DNA of 64,000 bases from Rickettsiales bacterium (GTDB lineage Bacteria > Pseudomonadota > Alphaproteobacteria > Rickettsiales > UBA998), in the NCBI GenBank assembly GCA_965248995.1, contig CBDFKY010000006.1, positions 430,610 to 494,609 of the forward strand. Reading direction: 5' to 3'. Below the pieces are notes generated by a model. It was not told the origin of the DNA and ran no database searches. It was given only the letters and a program-made list of their open reading frames with translations. Position numbers and translations under genes: made by a program. Below, in pieces: positions 1 to 8,810 of this stretch (position 1 is its first letter; each line of letters begins with the position of its first letter).

Positions 1-1413
1 ACCGCCGGCGGTAAACAGGTACTGGTGCCGACCGATAAAGTCGAGCAGATGCGCGTCAAGCTGGCGACGCTCGGCCTGCCGAAAACCGGCTCTATGGTAG
101 GGTATGAAATCTTCGATCATAGCGATGCGCTCGGGACCTCCAACTTCGTGCTCAACGTCAACAAGATGCGGGCGCTGGAAGGCGAGCTGGCGCGTACCAT
201 TTCCTCGCTCGCGCAGGTGGAATCGGCGCGGGTGCATCTGGTGATTCCCAAGCGTGAACTGTTTACCCGTGAAAAAACCGATCCTACCGCTTCCGTCGTA
301 CTGAAAGTGCGGGGCGCGGCGGGACTGGACAAGATGGAAATCGCCGCCGTCAAGCATCTGGTGGCGACTGCCGTGCCGGGACTCAAACCGACCCATATCA
401 CTATCGTCGATGATAAAGGCAATCTGCTCGCCAAAGGGGTAGACGACGAGAACGATCCGGAAGTGCTGGCTTCCAACGCCAATGAATTCCGCAGCGGCAT
501 GGAGCATAAACTGGAGCATACCATCGAGTCGCTGCTGGAAAAGTCCGTAGGAGCGGGCAAAGTGCAGGCGAAGGTCAATGCCGATATCGACTTCGACCGC
601 ATCGTCACCAATTCCGAAACGTTCGATCCGGAAGGGCAGGTGGCCCGTTCCGTCCAGACAATCGAGGAAAGCGAGAAGGAAAACGAGAAGGATAACAAGG
701 ACAACGTGAGCGTTGCGAATAACCTGCCGAATGCGAAAGCGCAGAACGCCGGACTGACGAATGACCGCAACTCGCAGCGTACCGATGAGACGACGAATTA
801 TGAGATCTCCAAGACGGTGCAGAACCACGTCAAGCAGACGGGCACGGTGAAGCGCCTGAGCGTCGCCGTACTGGTGGATGGGGTCTATGCTCCCAATGAG
901 AAAGGGGAGAAGGTCTATACGCCGCGCAGCAAGGCGGAGCTGGATCAGTTGACCACGCTGGTACGCTCGGCGGTGGGGTATGACGTCAAACGCGGCGACA
1001 CGGTGGAAGTGCTCAACATGGCGTTCGTCGCTTCCGAATTCGCGGAAACGGAATCGCAGTATGAATGGCTGAAGCGTGATTTCAACTCCATTTTCCAGAC
1101 GATCGTGCTGGCGGCGGTGGCGATTCTGGTCATCCTGCTCATTATCCGTCCGCTGGTGCAGAAAAGCATTTCCTCTCAGGATGCTGAAGCGGCGGAAGAG
1201 CGCGAACTGCAGCGCCTGCTCGGTTCCTCCAATATCGCCGGGCATCTCTCCGACCTGACGGGGGAAGACGACGATGATTCGACGATCAATATCGACAAGA
1301 TCGCCGGCGGGGTCAAATCCTCGCTGTACCGTAAAATCAACGAGATGATCGAGAGCCATCCAGAGGAGAGCCTGAACGTTCTGCGAAGCTGGGCCTTTGA
1401 GCGTGATGAATAA
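1..1413 (+). CDS. fliF: Flagellar MS-ring protein FliF, C-terminal ~470 aa (5' end lies upstream of the window)
   Basis: The frame is open from nt 1 (TAGGKQVLVPTDKVEQMRVKLA...). The sequence is FliF-like, with a C-terminal TM segment (IVLAAVAILVILLIIRPLV) and an acidic tail. It lies directly upstream of fliG. Confidence 0.9.
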   Translation, partial: TAGGKQVLVPTDKVEQMRVKLATLGLPKTGSMVGYEIFDHSDALGTSNFVLNVNKMRALEGELARTISSLAQVESARVHLVIPKRELFTREKTDPTASVVLKVRGAAGLDKMEIAAVKHLVATAVPGLKPTHITIVDDKGNLLAKGVDDENDPEVLASNANEFRSGMEHKLEHTIESLLEKSVGAGKVQAKVNADIDFDRIVTNSETFDPEGQVARSVQTIEESEKENEKDNKDNVSVANNLPNAKAQNAGLTNDRNSQRTDETTNYEISKTVQNHVKQTGTVKRLSVAVLVDGVYAPNEKGEKVYTPRSKAELDQLTTLVRSAVGYDVKRGDTVEVLNMAFVASEFAETESQYEWLKRDFNSIFQTIVLAAVAILVILLIIRPLVQKSISSQDAEAAEERELQRLLGSSNIAGHLSDLTGEDDDDSTINIDKIAGGVKSSLYRKINEMIESHPEESLNVLRSWAFERDE

Positions 1414-1431
1414 GTATAAAGGTCTGTAAGC

Positions 1432-2457
1432 ATGGCAAAAGCGATCACCAAGGATGATTACCGCACGTTGACCGGCATTCAAAAAGCCGCGATGATGATG
1501 ATGTCGGTCGGGGAAGAAAATGTCACCCGCTTGTTCGGCATGATGGACGACGAGGAGATCAAGGAGATTTCCACCGCCATGTCGACGCTGGGAAGGGTGG
1601 ATTCGGAATGCGTGGAGCGGCTGTTCAACGAGTTCGGCGAGGAGATGAGCGCGGCGGGCGTGCTGGTCGGTTCCTTCAACACCACGGAGCGGCTGCTGCA
1701 GAAAGCGCTCGGCAAAGACCGCGTCAACTCGATCATGGATGAGATCCGTGGCCCGGCGGGACGCACCACCTGGGATAAGCTGGCCAACGTCAACGAAGAA
1801 ATGCTGGCCTCATACCTGCGCCATGAATATCCGCAGACCATCGCGCTGATCGTCTCCAAGATCAAGCCGGATCATGCCGCCAAGGTGCTCTCCGTGCTGC
1901 CGGAGGAGATGAGTATGGAAGTCATCAACCGGATGCTGGTGATGGATTCGGTGAAGAAGGAAGTGATCGAGGGGATCGAGAAGACTCTTCGCCAGGAATT
2001 CATGAGCAACATCGCCAAAACGCAGCGCAGGGACAGTTTCGAGATGATGGCGGAGATTTTCAACAATTTCGACCGCACTACCGAGAGCAAATTCATGGGA
2101 ACGCTGGAACAGCGCGACCCTGAAGCGGCGGAACGTATCCGCAACCTGATGTTCACCTTCGAGGATCTGGTCAAGATCGACGCGGCGGGAGTCCAGACGA
2201 TCATGCGGAATCTCGACAAGGACAAGCTGGCGCTGGCGATGAAAGGGGCGTCGGATGCGCTGAAAGACCTGTTTTTCGGTAACATGTCGGAGCGGGCCGC
2301 GAAAATCCTGCGGGAAGATATGGAGGCGATGGGGCCTGTCCGTCTGCGGGACGTGGACGAGGCGCAGATGTACGTGGTGAGCATCGCCAAGGAACTGGCC
2401 ACCAAGGGTGACATCATCATCGCCGAAGCCAACGGCGAAGAGCAGCTGATCTATTAG
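1432..2457 (+). CDS. fliG: Flagellar motor switch protein FliG
   Basis: 341 aa with an FliG-like sequence throughout (e.g. EDLVKIDAAGVQTIMRNLDKDKLALAMKGASDAL, MSERAAKILREDMEAMGPVRLRDVDEAQ). Synteny fliF-fliG. Confidence 0.95.
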   Translation: MAKAITKDDYRTLTGIQKAAMMMMSVGEENVTRLFGMMDDEEIKEISTAMSTLGRVDSECVERLFNEFGEEMSAAGVLVGSFNTTERLLQKALGKDRVNSIMDEIRGPAGRTTWDKLANVNEEMLASYLRHEYPQTIALIVSKIKPDHAAKVLSVLPEEMSMEVINRMLVMDSVKKEVIEGIEKTLRQEFMSNIAKTQRRDSFEMMAEIFNNFDRTTESKFMGTLEQRDPEAAERIRNLMFTFEDLVKIDAAGVQTIMRNLDKDKLALAMKGASDALKDLFFGNMSERAAKILREDMEAMGPVRLRDVDEAQMYVVSIAKELATKGDIIIAEANGEEQLIY

Positions 2458-2470
2458 GGCGCAGGCAGAC

Positions 2471-3205
2471 ATGGCACAGTCCCTCACTATCCAGCGATTC
2501 GACTTTTTCGCCCTTCAGGATTTCATCGCCCCGGCGCTGATTATGGAAGACATGCCGGAGGCGACCGTGGTGGAAGTGGTGCCGCCTCCGCCGCCCGCGC
2601 TTACGTTCAGCGAGGATGAACTGGAGCGGGCGAAGCGAGCGGCGTTCGATCAGGGAATCGCCGAAGGGATCCAACGGGGAAAGGAAGACGTCGAGCGTCT
2701 GCGTGTCGATGCCGATCTGCAGCTTACGCAGCAGCTGCGTATCGTCGCCGAGCGGCTGGCTCAGGCCGAAAGCATTTTCGCGCAGGCGGTGGAGACGGAG
2801 CGCAACACCATGCAGGCGCTGGCGTTCGGCGTAGCGCGAAAGCTCGCCGGGCAGGCGCTGGAGGCCAACGCTCCCAAGGTGCTGGAAGCGATGATCGCCC
2901 ATTGCCTGCCGCATGTGCTCTCTCAACCGGCATTGCTGATCCGCGTGCATCCGGAAGCGAAGCCGGCAGTGGAGGCGATGGTTGTCCGGCTGGCGGACTC
3001 CCACGGGTTCGACGGGACGATGACCGTGCGGGGGGACGATACCCTGAGCCAGGGGGATATCCGCATCGACTGGCAGTTCGGTGCGGTGGAACGGCGCATC
3101 CAGCCCCTGCTCGATGAAATGGGGGCATTATTTTTATCCGGCGATGAAGCGGAGGAAGAAGCGGAACATGTGCTTCCCATCCGTCCGCATCCCACGATAG
3201 CCTAA
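2471..3205 (+). CDS. fliH: Flagellar assembly protein FliH (FliH/SctL family)
   Basis: 244 aa located between fliG and fliN. It has a coiled-coil middle and an FliH-like C-terminus (IRVHPEA...GDIRIDWQFGAVERRI). Confidence 0.7.
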   Translation: MAQSLTIQRFDFFALQDFIAPALIMEDMPEATVVEVVPPPPPALTFSEDELERAKRAAFDQGIAEGIQRGKEDVERLRVDADLQLTQQLRIVAERLAQAESIFAQAVETERNTMQALAFGVARKLAGQALEANAPKVLEAMIAHCLPHVLSQPALLIRVHPEAKPAVEAMVVRLADSHGFDGTMTVRGDDTLSQGDIRIDWQFGAVERRIQPLLDEMGALFLSGDEAEEEAEHVLPIRPHPTIA

Positions 3206-3233
3206 GCGTAGTTCAAAAATTGAAGGAGAAGGA

Positions 3234-3530
3234 ATGGCTGACATCAATCAAATGACCAACGACCTGCTGGATAGCGGGGATGAGAGCCTTTCACTGGAAG
3301 CGGTGCAGGATATTCCGGTACAGATTTCGGTGGTGCTGGGCAAGACCATGATGCCGGTGCAGCAGCTGCTGAAGCTTGGGCGGGGCGCGGTGATCGAGCT
3401 GAACAAGAAAGTGGGCGAGCCGGTGGACGTCTATATCAACTCCCGCCTGGTGGCGCGGGGGGAGGTAGTAGTGGTGGAAGACCGGATCGGCGTTACCATG
3501 ACTGAAATCATTAAGGGCGAGAAGAAATGA
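3234..3530 (+). CDS. fliN: Flagellar motor switch protein FliN
   Basis: 98 aa with a SpoA/FliN C-terminal domain (LGKTMMPVQQLLKLGRGAVIELNKKVGEPVDVYINSRLVARGEVVVVEDRIGVTMTEII). Confidence 0.9.
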   Translation: MADINQMTNDLLDSGDESLSLEAVQDIPVQISVVLGKTMMPVQQLLKLGRGAVIELNKKVGEPVDVYINSRLVARGEVVVVEDRIGVTMTEIIKGEKK

Positions 3531-3560
3531 TGAAACGTTCGGCGAAATTCGGTGTTGAGC

Positions 3561-3739
3561 ACTACTCCTCCCTTGAGGGGGAGTCAAAACACAACGTGTT
3601 TTGGTGGGGGGCAGTAACCCCCCACGATTCGCCTGCGACCTTTGGTCTTGTCTCATCCGCTCCCCCGCTTTCACCCGCTTGCGGGGTGAAAGCAACCCAA
3701 AGTACAGCGCCCCGCTTTGCGGGCGTTGTGGGGGGAAGC
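3561..3739. repeat. GC-rich nested-palindrome repeat, copy A (left half canonical; right terminal hairpin interrupted by about 70 nt of extra hairpins)
   Basis: ACTACTCCTCCCTTGAGGGGGAGTCAAAACACAACGTGTTTTGGTGGGGGG...CCCCCCAC is shared with the copies at 8668 and 26491. An extra hairpin GCTTTCACCC/GGGTGAAAGC lies at about 3667-3693. Confidence 0.7.
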
Positions 3740-3759
3740 AAGTGCTTTCAGGAAAAGAC

Positions 3760-5094
3760 ATGCAATTAATGATCGTCGGCAATCTGGGCGGGCAACTGGG
3801 CGCGGCGACCGGCATCGCGGTGAAGCGCGGTGCGAAAGTGACGCATTTCGAACGTCCCGATCAGGCGCTGGAAGCGCTCTGCGCCGGAAAAGGTGCCGAT
3901 ATCGTGATGATCGACGTGCAGGAAAACGTGGCGACCTTCATCCATTCGGTGCGGGCAGAACGGATTTCCGTGCCGATCATCGCCTGCGGCATCGCCCACG
4001 ACAAGGAAGCGGCGGTGCGGGCGATCAAGGCGGGGGCGCAGGAATATATCCCGTTGCCGCCGGACGAGGAACTGATCGCCGCCGTGCTGGAAGCGATCGT
4101 GCAGGATACCCGCTCGGTGCTGTACCGGTCAGCCAGCATGGCGCGGGTCATCACCATCATCGATCAGATCGCCGGCAGTGACGCTTCGGTGCTGATCACC
4201 GGGGAATCCGGCACGGGAAAGGAAGTAATCGCCCGCTACATACACGAGCAGAGCAAACGGCACGACAAACCGTTCATCTCGGTGAACTGTGCGGCGATTC
4301 CGGAAAACCTGCTGGAATCCGAACTGTTCGGCCATGAAAAAGGGTCGTTCACGGGGGCGCTCAACCGCCGCATCGGCAAGTTCGAGGAAGCAGATAAGGG
4401 CACCCTGCTGCTTGACGAGATTTCCGAGATGGACGCCAAACTGCAGGCCAAGCTGCTGCGCGCCATTCAGGAGCGGGAATTCGACCGGGTCGGCAGTAAT
4501 AGACCGGTGAAGGTGGATATCCGCATCCTGGCGACCAGTAACCGCGATATGATACAATTCATTAAAGACGGCAAGTTCCGTGAGGATCTGTATTACCGGC
4601 TGAATGTCATCACCATCATGCTGCCGCCGCTGCGGGAACGTGAGGACGACATCCTGCTGCTCGCCAATCATTTCATTGAGAAATATTCCAAGGCCAACGG
4701 GATGCCGACCCGCAAACTGAGCGAAGGGGCGGAAGCGAAACTGCTCTCCCACCGCTGGCCGGGAAACGTGCGGGAATTGGAAAACAATATCCACCGGGCG
4801 ATCCTGATGGCGCGGGGAACGGTGATCGATGAAGAGGCGATCGTCCTGCCGGAAGGCTACCGCCCGGAAGTCCCGCGTATTCCGGTGGGGGCACCGGCTG
4901 CGACAGAAGAAAACGGGGCGGAAATGGCTACGCTGGTCGGGCGTACGGTGGCGGACGTGGAAAAAGACCTGATCATCAAAACCCTCGACCACTGCCTCGG
5001 CAACCGGACGCATGCGGCCAATATCCTCGGTATTTCCATCCGGACACTGCGCAACAAACTGCGCCAGTATGGAGACCCGAATTATGCGGGGTAA
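3760..5094 (+). CDS. flbD: Sigma-54-dependent flagellar transcriptional activator FlbD (receiver-like domain + AAA+ + Fis-type HTH)
   Basis: Starting from M54 of the ORF (MQLMIVGNLGGQL...), it is collinear with my recollection of Caulobacter FlbD. Motifs: GESGTGKE Walker A, GAFTGA-like GSFTGA, ESELFGHEKG, and C-terminal THAANILGISIRTLRNKL. The upstream part of the ORF is a translated repeat. Confidence 0.9.
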   Translation: MQLMIVGNLGGQLGAATGIAVKRGAKVTHFERPDQALEALCAGKGADIVMIDVQENVATFIHSVRAERISVPIIACGIAHDKEAAVRAIKAGAQEYIPLPPDEELIAAVLEAIVQDTRSVLYRSASMARVITIIDQIAGSDASVLITGESGTGKEVIARYIHEQSKRHDKPFISVNCAAIPENLLESELFGHEKGSFTGALNRRIGKFEEADKGTLLLDEISEMDAKLQAKLLRAIQEREFDRVGSNRPVKVDIRILATSNRDMIQFIKDGKFREDLYYRLNVITIMLPPLREREDDILLLANHFIEKYSKANGMPTRKLSEGAEAKLLSHRWPGNVRELENNIHRAILMARGTVIDEEAIVLPEGYRPEVPRIPVGAPAATEENGAEMATLVGRTVADVEKDLIIKTLDHCLGNRTHAANILGISIRTLRNKLRQYGDPNYAG

Positions 5095-5097
5095 GCG

Positions 5098-6438
5098 ATG
5101 ATTACCCCTTATAACGTCGCCGACATTCCTTCTTTCACAAAGGGGGATATCCGCCGTGCAGGGGAGGTGTTGAAGCAATCGGGAACGAAGTTGCAGTCCG
5201 CACAAATAAAATTAAAGGAACTTCATGCGAAATTAGAAGCGCGGCGAGCGGAATCAGACAAAATTGAAGAAGATCTTCAAATTTTTGCTAATCAGTTTCG
5301 TCAGTTTGAACCTACTGATGCCATTTCAAAACTAAACGAATTGCAGCAACGTTATAATGCTTTGCAGCAGCGTCAAAGTGATATTGACCAATTTCGGCAA
5401 GCCATCGAAAAAATAGTTAAAAGTTTAGAGGCTGCGATTAAAGTTGTTCAACAGTGGCGAGATTTGCATCGCTATCCACTCAATACTCTACAGTCATTAT
5501 TCAGAAATATCATTCGTAGAGAACAATTAGAGAACCTTAAGATCGGTCAACGTCAAAAACGTCTGATTTCTATTGTCAACAAGCTATCCAGTAATCGATT
5601 TCATGGAAGCTTAGAAGAAATGCAGGATATTGCAGGAATACGTATTTTAACGCCTGATATGAAGTCATTGCGTCTGATGCAGACTGCTTTAGAGAAAAGT
5701 CGCTCCAAACAGAAAATTCGATATCAGAGGGATTATATTTTAAAACCGAAACCGGACGGTTATAGGGGAATTCACTTAATTTATAAAACATATCTTCCTA
5801 AAGCTCCCGAGCCTATAAGGGGTATGCAGGTTGAATTGCAAATACGTACTCGGCTTCAGCATTACTGGGCAACGGCCGTTGAGTCTGTCGATATGTTTTA
5901 TGGCGAAGCTCTCAAAACAGGGAAAGGAACAGAAAATTGGAAAGCATTTTTTTTACTTGCGAGCGCGGCATTTTCATTAATTGAGCATAGTCCGCTCCCT
6001 GAAGCTTACTGCAGCTATTCAGAAGAACAGATAGCTGCATGGTTACAAGATATGGAAAATGAAACGCGCCCCTTCAGTAAGCTCAATAAGATAATCGAAC
6101 ACGCTATAAAGCAGGATGTGAAAGTACAGGATCATCCTTATCATGTGCTTCTTTTTGCTAAACAAGAAGGAAAGATACTTCCGGCGACAAGTATTGGATT
6201 TGCTGATGAGGAGTCGGCACAATCTTATTATGCTTTTTTTGAACAAAAGCAACTTGCTGCACCAGAATCAAATGATCTCACCATACAAGATGTGGTCTTG
6301 GTAAAAACAGATAAAAAAGAGCTTAAAACACTCTACTCTAATTATTTTTTAGATATTGAAAAGTTTTTAAAGCGTTTAGAGACATTCACTGCCAAACATG
6401 GATTTCCTATCGTTAGGGTAAAAGGTGAAAAGCCATGA
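5098..6438 (+). CDS. RelA/SpoT-domain (RSH) nucleotide pyrophosphokinase-like protein with an N-terminal coiled-coil insertion and an unassigned C-terminal domain. It may be toxSAS/CapRel-like.
   Basis: 446 aa. Motifs: GQRQKRLISIVNKL, DIAGIRILT, RDYILKPKPDGYRGIHLIY, VELQIRTRLQHYWATAVE. The gene is strongly AT-rich relative to its flanks. Its ATG is 3 nt after the flbD stop and its TGA overlaps the flhA ATG. Confidence 0.8.
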   Translation: MITPYNVADIPSFTKGDIRRAGEVLKQSGTKLQSAQIKLKELHAKLEARRAESDKIEEDLQIFANQFRQFEPTDAISKLNELQQRYNALQQRQSDIDQFRQAIEKIVKSLEAAIKVVQQWRDLHRYPLNTLQSLFRNIIRREQLENLKIGQRQKRLISIVNKLSSNRFHGSLEEMQDIAGIRILTPDMKSLRLMQTALEKSRSKQKIRYQRDYILKPKPDGYRGIHLIYKTYLPKAPEPIRGMQVELQIRTRLQHYWATAVESVDMFYGEALKTGKGTENWKAFFLLASAAFSLIEHSPLPEAYCSYSEEQIAAWLQDMENETRPFSKLNKIIEHAIKQDVKVQDHPYHVLLFAKQEGKILPATSIGFADEESAQSYYAFFEQKQLAAPESNDLTIQDVVLVKTDKKELKTLYSNYFLDIEKFLKRLETFTAKHGFPIVRVKGEKP

Positions 6439-8635
6439 ACCGCCAGCTTCCCGTGCCCTCCACCCGCTTCGACAACGCGAAAGCGGGCCTTCACAAGGCG
6501 ATGCATCGCACCGATATTTTCTTCGCGCTCGGGATCGTCGGCATTCTGACGGTGCTACTGATTCCCGTGCCGGCGATGATGCTGGATTTTCTGCTCGCCA
6601 TCTCCGTCACGATCTCCGTGCTGATCCTGATGACGGTGCTGTTTGTGGAAAAACCGCTGGGCCTCAGTTCCTTCCCTACCATCCTGCTGGTGGCGACGTT
6701 GTTCCGCCTATCGCTCAACATCGCCTCCACCCGCCTGATCCTGGGGGGAAGGGCATAACGGGCCGGAATCGGCGGGGAAGGTGATTCAGGCGTTTGGTAA
6801 TTTCGTGATGAGCGGGCAGATCGCCATAGGGGTGATCATCTTCGCGATTCTCACTATCATCAATTTCGTGGTAATTACCAAGGGGTCGGGCCGGATCGCG
6901 GAAGTTTCTGCGCGCTTCAGTCTGGATGCGATGCCGGGCAAGCAGATGGCGATCGACGCGGATCTCTCCGCCGGTCTGATCGAGGAAGACCAGGCGAAGA
7001 AGCGCCGAAAAGAACTGGAGGATGAAAGCACGTTCTTCGGCTCCATGGACGGGGCGTCCAAGTTTGTGCGCGGGGACGCGGTGGCGGGGCTCATCATCAC
7101 CTTCATCAATTTTCTCGGCGGTATCTTCATCGGCACCGTGGTGGAAGGGCTGGATTTCAGGGGCGCGCTGCATACCTATACCATCCTGACCGTAGGGGAC
7201 GGGCTGGTTTCACAGATTCCGGCGCTGATCGTCTCCACCGCAGCGGGGATGCTCGTGACCAAAGCGGGGGTGCAGGGATCTTCGGATAAAGCCATTCTGG
7301 CGCAGCTGAACGAATATCCCGCCGCGATGGGATTGACGTCATTTCTGTGTTGCATGCTGGCGATCACGCCCGGGATTCCGGCGCCACCTTTCCTGTTTTT
7401 AGGGGCGGTGACGGGCTATTTCGCTTACATGCAGCACCGCGCTAATAAAGACGCCGCCGCCGGTATTCCCAAAGGGGCGAGCGCTTCCGAACGGGCAGCG
7501 GCGCGTGCGGGTGCCGCATCGGTAGGAGGGGGAAACACACAAAGCCTGATAGCAGCGGACGGACGGCCTGTTACCGCCGGTAATACCGCACCTTCCGCCA
7601 GTGACGATATCACCCAGATCCTTCAGATCGACAGCCTGCGGCTGGAACTGGGATACGGCCTGCTACCGCTCATCAATTACCAGAAGGGGCACCGCCTGAC
7701 CGAGCAGATCAAGGCGCTGCGCAAGCAGATCGCCCGCGAGCTTGGCTTCGTGATGCCTTCGGTGCGGATTCAGGATAATATGCAGCTTCCGGCCAATACC
7801 TATGTCATCAAGGTGAAAGAGATGGAGGCCGCCAGAGGCAGCATCCGCCCCGACATGCTGCTGGTGATGGACCCGGGCGGCAACAAGATCACCCTGCCGG
7901 GCGAGGAAACGGTGGAGCCGACCCTTCGGCCTGCCCGCCATGTGGATCACCGATCAATATCGTGAGGAAGCGCTGTTCCGCAACCTGACGGTGGTCGATC
8001 CGCCGACCGTCATCACGACGCATATCACGGAAATGGTGAAGGAAAACCTCGCTGACCTGCTTTCGTATGCGGAGACGCAGAAACTGCTGGACGACCTCGG
8101 CAAGGATCACCAGAAACTGATCGCCGAGACCATTCCCTCGCAGATCAGCGTCAACGGCGTGCAGCGCGTGCTGCAGAACCTGCTGTCCGAACAGGTGTCG
8201 ATCCGCGACCTGCCGGCGATCATCGAGGCGATCGCCGAAGCGTCCCGCCTGACGCAGAACATGTCCACCATCACCGAACATACCCGCTCACGGCTGGCCC
8301 GCCAGATCTGCTACGCGGTCGCCAACGAGGAAGGGCTGATCCCGATCATCGCCATGTCGCCCAACTGGGAACAGGTGTTTATCGATTCGCTCTCCGGGCA
8401 GGGAGAGGAGCGTACGCTGAGTCTGGCGCCCAGCAAGATCCAGGAATTCATCACCACCGTGCGCACCCGGTTCGACCAGTTCGCCATGCAGGGAGAAACG
8501 CCGGTGCTGCTCACCAGCCCGACGATCCGGCCTTACGTGCGTTCCATCATCGAGCGCTTCCGTTCAGGCACGATGGTCATGTCGCAGAACGAGATCCATC
8601 CGAAAGCGCGGATCAAGACGTTGGGGCAGTTATGA
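6435..8635 (+). pseudogene. flhA: Flagellar export gate protein FlhA, interrupted by two +1 frameshifts (pieces 6435-6758, 6781-7965, 7940-8635)
   Basis: The three consecutive ORFs together are collinear with FlhA. Deleting one G of the G6 run (6743-6748) restores LILGEGHNGPESAGKVIQAFGNFV. Deleting one C of the CCC run (7922-7924) restores VEPTFGLPAMWITDQYREEA. Confidence 0.85.
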
Positions 8636-8667
8636 ATGAAAAAAGGCTTCAGGTTTTAACGCGGGGG

Positions 8668-8785
8668 ACTACTCCCCCCCCTGAGGGGGAGTCAAAACAC
8701 AACGTGTTTTGGTGGGGGGGCTTTTTCGCATGGCCCCCCACCAAATCGCGCCGATGCGCTCTTCGGATCTCCCTCAAGGGGGGAG
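8668..8785. repeat. GC-rich nested-palindrome repeat, copy B (complete, 118 bp)
   Basis: ACTACTCCCCCCCCTGAGGGGGAG + CAAAACACAACGTGTTTTG + GGTGGGGGGG...CCCCCCACC + CTCCCTCAAGGGGGGAG. The terminal hairpins are mutually inverted. It lies between the flhA stop and the flhF start. Confidence 0.8.
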
Positions 8786-8810
8786 CTGCGCATCCCGCGA
8801 GGTGGATACC

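Noticed and set aside
3527-3769. Small ORFs sharing the peptide EGESKHNVFWWG (3527-3769, 8632-8820, and the 5' part of 26430-27131), plus the N-terminal extensions of the flbD (3601) and flhF (8709) ORFs.
   Set aside because: The shared peptide is simply the translated palindromic repeat. Conserved FlbD and FlhF N-termini begin at internal Met codons (3760, 8811). I treat these as repeat read-through, not as a protein family.
5092-6440. Target-site duplication or att-like repeats flanking the RelA/SpoT gene.
   Set aside because: Only GGGTAA is shared near both junctions (GGGGTAAGCGATGA vs AGGGTAAAAGG...CCATGA). That is too short to call, and no integrase or tRNA is nearby.
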